In this document: positions 13,986 through 26,100 of the stretch, in pieces | How the letters are laid out: each line of letters begins with the position of its first letter | Position numbering within the stretch: the first letter of the stretch is position 1 | Assembly: GCA_036172245.1 (NCBI GenBank) | Contig: JAYWIR010000036.1 | Location: forward strand, 1,674,001 to 1,738,000 | Direction of reading: 5' to 3' | Source: Raillietiella orientalis | Taxonomy: Eukaryota | Length of the DNA: 64,000 nt | Program-made: the position numbers and the translations under genes | The notes under the pieces: model-generated | Database searches by the model: none | What the model was told of the DNA's origin: nothing | What the model saw: only the letters and a program-made list of their open reading frames with translations

Positions 13986-14996
13986 CTAGGATACCATCCT
14001 GGTCAATCCATCTATCACGGCCATCAGTTCCAGCTCCAGGCGCATCAGCTTCCTCTCCCTCAAGGAGATCTCGTAGTCTCCGTGATAAGCGCACAGCTCC
14101 CGGATGACGTCCTGCCTCTTGGATAACGTCGCCACCGCGCACTCCAGGCAACTGATCGACGTCTGCAAGAGGCCCCGCACGTGTTCGAGACTGTCCGGGT
14201 CCACGAAACGAACGCTGCCGGCGTCCTTCACAACGGACTTGAGCATGTCATCGTAACACTCGAAGGGATCGCCCGCTCCGCGGTAGAAATGGAACACCAG
14301 GGCTTCCATGAGCTTCACCCGCGTTTCCAAGGCAGTCCGGATGCTTTCCATCTGGGACGTCATCGTCAAAGGCCTTCCGGCTTCGCTTTTCCATTGCCCC
14401 TTGGTCAGTTTCAGGCTGACATCGCCCAGAACCGCAACCTGGTTGGCCAGTGTATCCAGCTTCAGCGCATCTTCGATTTTCCTCCTTTCGAAGAAGATGC
14501 TGCGAACACGCATCACTTCCGTGATCCTCAAGACGTTCCCGTCGACCCACGATGCCAGGGAGTCGATACTGCCGGCCAGGCGCTGAATCCTCTCCAACGG
14601 ATTAGATCGCCGGCCACGCGCGGCGATAGCGCGGTCCGTCCGCGTGTTGAGGGCGCAGCCCGCCGGCAGCATCTCCCGCTCCTTGGGGCAATGGATTGGC
14701 GGCCACAGCTGCCTAAGCGCGACGGCCACTTCGGCCACTCGAGAAGAGCTGGAAGACGGGAGCAGGGAGGAGGAGGTCCGCGCGCTCGGATCCCCCGCCA
14801 TCCTTTCCGCACAGCCGCCGGGACCGCTCGTCCTCCCGACGGGATCACCGCGAGACGGTCGCAGCCGGAAGTCCACGGCCTCGCCCGAGCTGCAGAACAC
14901 GAGACTCCGGGAAGCAGCGGCTGCCACGGCGTCTCCCGAATGCGAGGCTCTCCTCCCGAGCTCGTGACACGAAATGACCTTTTTCGGGGCCTTCAT
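13986..14996 (-). CDS. Intronless hypothetical protein (~336 aa), disordered N-terminus and helical C-terminal region
   Basis: Stop-free frame 15251..13986. The ATG at 14996 has a good context (CACCATG). The C-terminal ~200 aa are complex and amphipathic (LERIQRLAGSIDSLASW...MESIRTALETRVKLMEAL...LMRLELELMAVIDGLTRMVS) with mostly G/C third positions. No family recognised. Confidence 0.6.
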   Translation of the reverse strand: MKAPKKVISCHELGRRASHSGDAVAAAASRSLVFCSSGEAVDFRLRPSRGDPVGRTSGPGGCAERMAGDPSARTSSSLLPSSSSSRVAEVAVALRQLWPPIHCPKEREMLPAGCALNTRTDRAIAARGRRSNPLERIQRLAGSIDSLASWVDGNVLRITEVMRVRSIFFERRKIEDALKLDTLANQVAVLGDVSLKLTKGQWKSEAGRPLTMTSQMESIRTALETRVKLMEALVFHFYRGAGDPFECYDDMLKSVVKDAGSVRFVDPDSLEHVRGLLQTSISCLECAVATLSKRQDVIRELCAYHGDYEISLRERKLMRLELELMAVIDGLTRMVS

Positions 14997-15611
14997 GGTG
15001 GAAAAGCTCTCCAAATTCCTGCAAGCGGGCTGAAACGGCCGTCGCTCGGGAGACGGCCGCGCCGCCGCGCCCGCAAATGGACCAACGGGAACAGGCGGCG
15101 GCGTTTCGCTTGGAACCATGTCGTCGGCAACCGTTCCGAATACACAGAGGGGTGGTTTCCATGGATGCGGAACCTTGGCTTCATTATTACAACGAGCGGT
15201 CGGTTCCGGAAGCTCGCAGCCAGCGGAAAAGGCGGGAGCAGATTTGTGCACGCCGTACGTGCGTGATCACGCTTATTACCGAGCGTCTCACGCGCTGCGC
15301 CATCACGCAAGGGAAAGGCAAAGAGGGCCGGGCCGTGCCCTTCCGTCTGCGGCTGTCCAAACGATGATTCAGCGGAAAAACAAAAAAAAAAAGAAGCAAT
15401 GGCCCGGCCTCGTCAAACAACGCGTCGTCGACGCTCGCGCCGCTGAACCCTTCCTTCGTGGAACACCGCTCGCTCGCCATCACTCCCTTTTTCGCGGTGG
15501 TGCTCCGTGTCCGAACCGATGGGCACCCAAAAAGGGGTGTGGGAGAAGCGTGGCCTCAGCGGTCCATACACGTCGAATAAAATTCAGTGCTCACTGGGAA
15601 CACACAATGCC

Positions 15612-15617
15612 TTTATT
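15612..15617 (-). promoter_or_regulatory. Candidate polyadenylation signal (AATAAA) for RBM45
   Basis: Plus-strand tttatt in an AT-rich patch (15600-15740) within GC-rich DNA, ~1.5 kb downstream of the RBM45 stop. Confidence 0.3.
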
Positions 15618-16532
15618 GACTCAACAGAGACGAAACGTAACACATGTGCTTGTGTGCGTCAAGTCAACACATGTGAGTATATAAAACATATTTATTATTG
15701 CTGTACTAGTAAAATAATGTGTAAATACAAACATCAATTTACAGGGCTGCCACGTGGATCAGAGAAAACCGGTACCAGGGTACATAGTGGGCACGATGTC
15801 AAGACAAGGTTCGCGAACGCCGCCGCCGATCTTCTGGCACCACTTGTATCCACTGACCACAAAGGTCAATCCAATCCGGACATTATACTGGAGAATTCCA
15901 ACGCCTGGAGTAGTCCCGCGATGACTCACTGGAACAGAAAGCGAAAATCTTGACCTCAGGGACATACCACCATCGAAGACGCGTGGCCGCAGGCAAAGAT
16001 GCGAGGCAAGAAATGGACCGCGTGCTTGGGACCAATGCGGCACTGCAGGCTCGTCCCGGGAGCGCGGGAGGGGAGGGGAGGGTCACCACCACCGCACCAA
16101 ACTCCCTCTCCGGAGATATCCCCCCGCGAGCCGTGGAGGCGCCCGGGTCGGTGCACGGGCCTGCCTGGTGACCTTCCGTCCTCGCGCTCAAGGCACAGTC
16201 ACCCGCCAACTAACAAAGTGAACAGTCAGGCCGTCCAGGTCTTAATCGTGCGGCACACATCACACCACGAGCAGTTTCGACCCTATGGGCCTCTCGGAAC
16301 TGCAGTCTCGTCGATCACAGGCGTTCCGTTTTCTAACCGCCATTCGTACGGAGATATTGTGCGTACGGATGGCAGTCAGAAAATTTCCAGGACGACTGCC
16401 GCGCGCAACGTGGCCGCCTTCCCTCCCCCCCGGATCGCAAGCACAGTCTGCACTGAGCCAGAAACCCGGAACCTGTATGCGTCCAACAGGGACTGAATGG
16501 CATGGCAACGCCAGTTCCACAAGCCACGTTCT

Positions 16533-16559
16533 TGGTAGGAGACGTTACGTCTCCTACCA
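16533..16559. repeat. Perfect palindrome, 13-bp arms, 1-nt spacer
   Basis: tggtaggagacgt-t-acgtctcctacca. Confidence 0.9.
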
Positions 16560-17138
16560 TCCTCCCACGCGAAACTTCCCAAACGCCGAGAGAACTAGCC
16601 AGCTCGGCCTTTGACCGGGGAACCACGTGACTGGGATGCAACCATAACTGCCGTGTCTGTGACCATTGAGAACGAGTAATTTGTTTTGCTTTTTTTCCTT
16701 TTCTTCCTTGCCCTCATGTCTTCTCTGTGGTCTGAAGACTAAACAGAGTTGTGAGCGGAGTCAAGGGAAATATTCCTAGCCAGTCGAGCACACTACTATC
16801 GGTAATGAGCGAGCTGCGCAGTCCGTGACGCAAGGCTACGGTCAACACTTTAGGGGGAGGGGGAGGGGGTGGGGATCCTCCATTCGCTCTCCACTCAAGT
16901 CACATGATGGGGACAGAACGCAAATCAGCCTCCACGACGTCCCACCGTTCCTTCGACTCCGATCACCACGAAATTTGAGGAGCCGACGACAACTATTTGT
17001 TGCCGTCCGCCCGGACATAAGGCAAAGGAGGTGAGGGATTTGAACGCAGCAAAACGCTCCGCACGTATCGGTTCCCCCCCACCCCACTTCCCAGGGATGC
17101 CACATCGAAACACCAACACGCGCGCGCGCACGCATTCT

Positions 17139-20100
17139 TCAGGACACAACACGCTCTCCCGGCATTCCACTGCGCCGTGCAACATCCCTCAGTTCCATTC
17201 CTGCTATACTCACATCGATTCGCATCCTTTTCCGATTCCCGTCCGTTTTTTCTAAGGGATCTGCCAACATAACTTTCAACCTCATACCATATATTTCTTG
17301 ACCATGGAGCAGCTAGATTGGAGATGAAATCTCATTTCAGGGACACTGCTGTTTTAACATTAATCCCTACTTGAAATTCCAACACATGTAATTACACATA
17401 CAATTGAAATCATCCGATTCAGATTGCACAAATTCAAACAGACAGAAAAAAACAAAAGAAAAAAACGGAACAGCTGTAAGAAGCAGATGGACATGTGAAT
17501 TATCAGGGAATGAATTTTTCACGGAACCAAAAAATAAGTAAACGAATAAAACATGGGGGAGTGACCACGCGAAACGGAAAAAAGTTTTCGCAAGCGCGGG
17601 TAACAAATTTAAAATCAAACTAAAAAAACAATTTCCGATATGTCTATCAAACAGTTCGGTTTGAACTCCAGCGCGTTTCAAAGAACCCCACGTCTCCGGG
17701 ATTGCATCTGACAGCCATGGATCCCATAGATACGAAAATTGGTCATAAATCACAAATACGAAAATTTCCGAAACACTTCATCCCAAGCAGGCCCCGAAAC
17801 AAGTTAGAATCTCAGATTTTTCCCTTGACCAATATGCACCCTCCTATTTACTTCCGTACGTAAAGTTTTATTCCAGGAAGAATACATACATGGGAAATTA
17901 CAGTGGAGCTGGCCAAAATTAATTACGTCACACGGAAGTAAGGATACCCAAAGGCATTTCGTACAAGAGCGATACAAGAGGAGATGGGAATCAGTGTTGC
18001 CAAGTCACCGTGCAAACCCTCAGAGTTACAGAAGAAGAAGAATCTTCCGCAGGGATTTCAATGAGTACCATGCGAGTATATCTCAGAAAGCGTCTGAATG
18101 CCTTCGGTACAGTACGACAGTGAAAGGTCCGTAAAGCGAAAATCGCATGGAAAAAACAGGCAGAGGCGTTACGCTCGAAAAACAGGGGACACTGCGGAGA
18201 ATTTGGAAAGTGTATACAGTACTCTGGAAACAACGCCATCACGCAATCGAAATATTTGAAAACTACATAATGCCTGAAGACAAACAAGGACACGTTGCAG
18301 CAACCGAGAGCGGACGCAATTATGGTGAATGACTTATCCGAACGCGACAACGTCCACGGTAGAAGAAAGCTATGAGTCCAGCGCATCCTACGAATAGAGC
18401 AGTCCACTGCAGGCTGGTGAATACCGGGATACACCGAGGTCAAGCAGTCTTCCCAATTACTTGAATCTGACCTGATGGGGGGGGAAGCCTCTGAGCAAGG
18501 TATTATCTACCTTTCTTCCTAGCAGCACGGCAGAGAAGACTTTGCGGAAAACCTTGGCGCAGCGACCTTAATGAGTGACGTTTTCCGAAACACGGCAATC
18601 CTGCTCAAGCGGTTTACACGTTCGTGTGATACTTTCCAAGAAGGCGGCTGCAGCAGAATGACACTTCCGTGTCGCGGGATGGTCATGTTGCAAACATTAA
18701 GGGCGCTCATACTGAACAAAGGTCATATGCCAATCGTGCGGCTGAAATCACCCAACAAAACTCCACAAATAACATTGAAAAAGACGGGGGGGGGGGGGGT
18801 GAGGAAAAATGGACGCGCAAACGATATCCAACGAAAACCCAGCTGCCATCTGGTTTCCAGGTTGCAAACGATAACGCAAGGCAGGCTGGCAAAGACCTAC
18901 GGAGAGGAAGAAATCGGCAGAGTGGCGGTAGCAAAACCCAGGAAAACCGTAAGGTGCTGGAACGGGTCGAACTCTGCATGAGAATTAGGGAACAAGCTTT
19001 CGTCCCATCAGGCCCGAATGTGCCCACCGTGCTCACTGCTCGGGGCAGCGAGCACGGTGGTAACGCGCCCGACTTCCAGGCCCGCTATGGCTCCTGAGAT
19101 CCTCGTCAACGGAAACGATTCTGGTCTAGCAAAGATGTGACTTTTCGGAGAATCGAAAGCATGCAAAAACGAAACCACAGTACCAAATCACGAACAACCA
19201 CAGTGTGAAACAACGTAAACAACAGCGCATCCCGAAAGCAACTGAAGCAAATGAATAAGGGCGATGCTGTTACGACCCAGGGCGACTTTTGTACAAATGA
19301 AGTCCTAAGTGTACTTATCGACAGCATGCAATTGCAAATTATGATAAATGCACCATTTTATGTAAAAGAGAAAGAATAGAAAAAACACACACATGCAACG
19401 GTCACAGAGTTTGTCTGCAACTCACATCCACATAAACGACCACGTTACTACCTTCCCGTAGGCTTTGTACCACGTGTGGCTAGCCTCGCGGGTCTCGCCA
19501 ATTGTGATAAACGTTACGAGTAAGTACTTCACGACCACATGGGCATCTGATCCACTCTGAGATCCTATAGCACGCGGCTGTGAACATAATACTGCAAATG
19601 GGCGATGGGCTTTCGCTCTCTCACTTGCTCGAAGACCACTGTCTTGAATGGTGCAAGATGAACCGACTCGCGCTGGCGTTTTCCTTTTCAGGAACTCTTG
19701 CTCGAAGGTGCAGCTTGATGGTAACGGCATGAAGTGTACGCAGACGTCATCGACGCCATTCGTTGCACGGTCATGATGATTACACGAGGTCACTGCTTTC
19801 GCTTTCGATGAGCGCAGAAGAGTCGGGGAAATCGCCAGCGGAAATCGATGACCGGTGCGGAGACAGAAACAAACAGGAAGAACAGAGGGTGCAGCTGCTG
19901 CGTCGCTTTCCCATGCAGCAACAACACGAAAAATGCGCAAGGGGTACTCTGAAAAACAGTGAAACGGGACCTGACCCTAACTTTTCATGTATCCCACTTC
20001 TCGTATCACCGGCAGGTCGCCACTGCGCGTCTTTGTGTTTTGCGAAATCAAGCAAACCTGGGATGGGCTGCGAGCCTTTGCAGGCGTTCCTTCACTCCAA

Positions 20101-23100
20101 TCCGCAGCATGCCCTGCACAGAAACCCAGCTGCACACATCGAGATGGATTTAAGAAAACACATCAATGGCGCTTTACTTGTCTACCAAAAGATTTTACAT
20201 GCGTCAGGAGTGCCACATGAGAAAAGGGCAAGGCATTCCGGAATGTTCGATTCGAATCGAACAATTTTCTGATGGCTCCTACATGAGTAGTGGATTTGGT
20301 GCAGCAGCAAATGTATAATAATACCTACAAGGCTTTGAGGCGGCGAAAAAACGAAGCGAGCCCTGAAATGTGATGCCGGAAAGAGACGGGCAGAGAGTGA
20401 GTGGGGTATCGCCGCCACAAACCCCATGATTCGAGAGCACGCATCTACGAGGCAGGAACGAGCGCGAGAGGTTTGAACTCCGATTCACCGTGTGACAGAT
20501 CACCCCAAAGAGCCACCGCCAGATATAAAAATAACGGTGACTGTGACTTACTAATGGCATGTTCACAAAAGGAGCACCGCGTTCTGGTAACACCACCGCA
20601 GACGGAACGGAACAGGTCCGTCGTCATGGCGACAACTATTCGTACGCGTTAGGGAATGCAGAACCGCGAAACGCAGAGCGTACGAAATACGGGGGGGGGG
20701 GGGATAAGACCTTCCAAACTTGTACACAATATCTTTGTTCTGTAGATCCTTTCTAGACATTCACGAGGAAAAAGTAAAAGTTGCTCGTCCGAAATGCCTA
20801 TCCGTTTCGAAAAAGGCACCCTTTTATTCAAGTTATTGCTGGTGGGTACGTTCCCAATGAAATCCACTTTATTGATAAACCCCACGCGCGAGTCTGTTCT
20901 GATTACTTGAAAATTTCTGAGCAAATCCTTTTTTTTTTTTTTTTTTGGAAAACACACACACACATTACGGAGCCTCCATTCAGTGTTTCTACACTTGACC
21001 CCTATCAGTGCCAAGGCTTCATTTCTAATTGGGAATATCAATTTTAAGGTACTGAGGCATGCTGGAATTTAATGAGGCCCGTGAGGAAAAATTGTATTAA
21101 AACAGGAACGGAACGAGAAAAACAAACAGTAGGAGTTAAAAAAAAAAAAAAAAAAAACACAAAAACACAAAAAAAAAACAAAAGGAGGCACTTGTCAAAT
21201 CTCAATGCTCATACATTTCTGATACTCACTTTTATGGCATCTTCAGCAGACTCCTTTCTGGCATACTTGACATACCCACAACTTTTTCCATTAAGTATGT
21301 AAATATCAATAAAGGAGCCGAATCTGCTGAACAAATCCTTGAGAAGATGCAGCTGAGGTGATGGATGGCAAACTATAAACAATCTTAAAGGAAAAAACCG
21401 TAAGCGTGGTGGAAGACCACATTTGGTAAGGTCATCAACGTCGGTCATCATCAATTTCGTTTCGAAAAATTTGGCGGCAACATTCTTTTTTTTAAAAAAA
21501 AGAAAAGAAAAGAAAGAAAAAACGTTCTCAAGTATGCAATGCACGCATTCAACGGAATGATTAAATTGCGGTGAAGAAAGCTCGCATGAGATTCTCTCCG
21601 GGTTATAATGATCGTTTTGAGAAAGCTCCACCATAAATCGTACGTACCACAATCCAAAACGGAGGGTTTAAAACCAGCACGCTGAATTAAAAAAAAAAAA
21701 AGCATTCGCGAAAAACTGTTCACGACATGAAATCGTTAAACATTTTGAAATCATACAATTTCGATCCTCGTTCCGGTATGGAAATCGGGAAAAAGGATTA
21801 CGTGGATACTCTCACCCCCAAGAAGAAAGTGGGGCATGTACGGTACGACGGTGCACAAAGGTGCATCGTTGCAATTCCACGTGTTCACCGCCGTGTACTC
21901 ATCATGCCGATTTGTAAACGAATAAATGAATGTTCCCCAAGAGGAAGATTTGGTTTTCCTGCGCTCTGCTGCCTGAACAAAAAATTCATCTTGAAACGAA
22001 AGAAATGTACAAACGAAAGATCTGAACAGGGGGAAACAAGCAAAAATCACCAAACGCCAGATGCCCAACATGAGCGGGAATCCTCGAGATTCATTCACCC
22101 ACAGAACTTGAAGGGCACCGGGGCATCAAAATCTATGGACCAACGTGTACAGAATCCAGATCGTACAAACGCAATGAGATCCTGTAACATTCCATGTCAA
22201 TAACAAAGAGATTGCCTGACGTATTCCTGCACACTGGATTCGTAAGGGTTGCCACTTCACAAATACAAACGAAACAAATATACAAAAGCAACGTATATGC
22301 AAAAAAAAAAAAAACACGAGTGAAGAAGGACACCACACAAAGACACTGCATATACTCATTTAAAAGGGCAACCAGGTACACAACTAGGAACAGAAACGAT
22401 AAAGTGCTTCTCACCTTTCAGCCACTGGGGAGTCTACGGGGGCCAAGGGCTGCGGAGGGGGGAGTTTGACGCTGCTGTATTCTGCATCGAAATTTTCAGT
22501 TACGTGCATACCTGGACCAAATGAAAAAAAACATCATTTACTCTGTACATGCACTTGCAAACTTACTTTGCCTGCAACCGGAATTCTGCATCATGGATGT
22601 ATGAGGAATGTTTTCTGCCATAATTGTCAAATCTGTGGGAAATCGAATGCATGAATTTTGTACATTACATCTATTATAAGAATTTGGCGCGTTTAAGGGC
22701 GATTTCATCATACTGAAACACACAACAGATGCATTACCTTTACATTACAAACGTAAAGAACCGTATTCAGCATTTCGGATGCAGTCACACAAACACATAT
22801 ATTCACCAGCTCACAATTTACAAAACGCAACAAAATAACGTGATTAAGTGGCCATCTTAATTGGTTTCAGATAAATCACCCCCTTGCTTTGTCCATTTGC
22901 ATACTTCTCGTTTCATATTATCGTCCACAATCACGTTTTTCGGCTTAGACCGCATGCCTTAGAACTGATTTTTTTTTTTTTTTACTTTTCTCCATGGCTG
23001 GATGATAATTAATTCCGACAAGAAATTCTGAATTTTTTTTTCCCGCATTTTTCATTTTCCATCCGGGGATTCTGCTTCTCTGCCTTCCACATTTTGAAGG

Positions 23101-26100
23101 ATTCGGTCAAATTGCGCAAACCTGGATGATGTCCAAAGATCGTTCTTCCAAGAAACTGATAACATTCAATCTCCCAAATGGATCGAGTGAACTTTTCATC
23201 TACATCATGCTCACTGTCGTGCCAGGATGTCCTCAAACAAAACATTGAGTTCTGTACGGACATTTAAAGATTCTGTCAAAGTGGAAAGTTCCTACTTACT
23301 AAAAACTAACACTCCAACTCTGACTGCGTTAACACAACGATGATGACACAAAAAATAAAAAATTCCGAACAGAATATCAATGGGCTTGAAACATAATGTG
23401 CAAAGATGAAACCATGACATTCATCAACAAGCAAGCAGGGGGCCTTCGTGAATTATGCAGTCAACATTCTGCTTTTATGAATATTTTATCACATTTACTC
23501 AATTCTTTACGCTTGATTACAAAAACTTAAATGAAGACAAATTGGCGTAATGAAGATACAACTACACAGATCAAACACAATTCTTGCATCCCTTTTTTGA
23601 TAGTGGAAGAATTTTACAAACCAAAAGACGAAGCACACACAAAAAAAATAACTTTACCAACCAAAACAAGACGAGTCAGGGAAAAACTGAGGAATCCGAA
23701 CTTAACAAATACGTGAATATTCATGTAAGGAAATGTACCAACTAAAATTTTACACGAGATGAATTAACAGCCAAGAAAACTTACTTCAATTATTTCAGAT
23801 TATTATAAAAAACTCTGCATGCATCCAGTACTATTGTACTTGAAGAGAATAAAATATGCATTCACCAAATCATTTAGTTTGCAAAAAAACATTATGAGAC
23901 AACTGAGAATTACGGTATCCGAAATTAAATAAATAAGGAAAAAATCAATATCTAGACTAAAGTACTGTGCACTAGCACAGTGAAGACGCCCCACATAAAA
24001 TAAAAGGAATTATGAGCTCAAGCAGCATAAAAGAAAAGCACACACAAAATAACAGTCAGTATCTGGGCTTGATTAATATTGGATGCATGCACACTTTTCA
24101 ATTAGATGCAAGATATATGTCCTACAAATTAATAATCAAATACATATTCCTATATTAAAAAAAAAGCTACATACACATTCACAGAACCATAGCATCAAAA
24201 TGTTCCATGTGAACACTTTATGAAAATGAAACACCCAAAACTTTATGAAAACTGTGAATGAAAAACTACTCTTAAGAAAAATCTTATTACCCTCAATTGA
24301 GAAAACAGAAAGTGATCAGTATGAATGAGAACTGCACACTGATATCTGAACAATACAAGTGGAATTTAAAAAAATGTCATCTACACATTACGTTATATCA
24401 GGTATTTAACAACAGCCACGATAATCAAAAATTAAGTCAAGCATGCTACATTTGAAACACACAGTTTCCTACAATTAATACACAAAGACAATAAAAAGAA
24501 AACAAAAATGCCCACACCTAATGAAACAATGCCTTTTCGATTAACAAATTCCTATAAATTAGTAACATGTAGTATTGGCTAATAAAGTTTCCATAATTAA
24601 AGATTTTAATATATTATGTACATATGATACGTGTCAGAACTTTGTAAAGAAATACGTCCTACTTTACTTCACTGATAAAGCTACATCCAGCAACCACTTC
24701 TTCTTCTATCCGATTAATATTTCACAAATTAATGACAGCATGCTATCTTGGAATTACAAAAACAATAAGAAATTTTTACTCTGACACAAAAGAAATTTTC
24801 CTCATTGATTCAAACTCAAAAACCTGTTGGTATTGTTTTAGAAACCTTTGGTCTTGAAACAAACTTCATTTACTAACTATTCCTTTTTCTTTCCGTTTTA
24901 AAAACTGGCAACTCATTTGAATGAACAAAGTAGAAAACCACTGAGAAACGCTGACTAAGAAATAATCCTACAGTCAGTTGGCCACCATTTTGAGAACAAG
25001 TAAAGCTTTAAATTTGTATAGTTTTGGATTTCAACAAAGCAAAAATGAGAACGCAATTTCTGTTTTAAAACCTATGATGCACAAAACTGTCCATTTTGTT
25101 TGTCATGCAGTCAGACCAAAGTTGTCGATGGAGAATGTAAAAATTCATGAACAGATGAAAATTCTAAAAACACTGAATTTCAACACGCACACTTAGAAAC
25201 ATCCAAAATATAAAGCAATGTCTTTCGTGGAGCCCCTGAATATAATTAAGCTAAAAAGTATCATTACCTTGAAAACGCTGCAACATCTTGATGATCATCA
25301 TGATAGTGAATAATCAACCGCTCACCTGGTGGATACTCAAATCCATGGAGCTTATTCTTTGCATATGCTGCAGATTGTGGATTATTGTACACAACAATAG
25401 CATATGCACGATTCTACAAAAGAAACATCATTGAACAAAGTAACAATTTATATTCCATCTTGAAATTAAAACAAAAAATTAAAAATATTTTACAATATAA
25501 AACCATGCATGCATGCAAATCTCTGGTGAATAAGCCAAAAGCGTAGGAAATGTATCATGATTAATGACCTGCTCTGGCTTTTTTTTGATATCACAATAGT
25601 CAAATCCAGGAATGATATCAAAAAGTTTCCATAATTGATCCTGACTGACATAGGATGAACATGTTACCAGCAATCTGGATGAAATTTCTGGACTATGAGA
25701 AATTCCTGTGTAGATGTTACAATAACCAAATCAATGTATAATTTGCTAACCATATGTGTTAATATCTAAACCAGGAGAGTAAGTATTTGGATTACATGAC
25801 ATCATCTGGGACTGTTCTTTTTCATAACACTGTTTCAAAGGCCTTGGTTCAGCAAACATTGGTTTGAATGCTCTATCACAATTTTCATATGCTTTCGCAG
25901 CATGATAAACTCTGATGAAGAAATTCAAAATGGTAATATCGAAATAAATGTTATATATAGAAATTAATCTGCTAGACTTTTTTTTTGTTTTTAATGAGAA
26001 CACATACATCATCATTTAATCAAAAAATTAATGCAATCTGAAATTTGGACTGAGAAGTGAATCATGCAGTATTGGACATTTAAAGAATAAATAATAGAAA

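Noticed and set aside
14181..15266. 361-aa plus-strand ORF
   Set aside because: Antisense shadow of the GC3-biased minus-strand ORF; Arg/Gly/His-rich composition is not protein-like.
15759..16650. Possible small spliced gene downstream of RBM45
   Set aside because: Candidate splice sites exist but no coherent reading frame; more simply RBM45 3' UTR.
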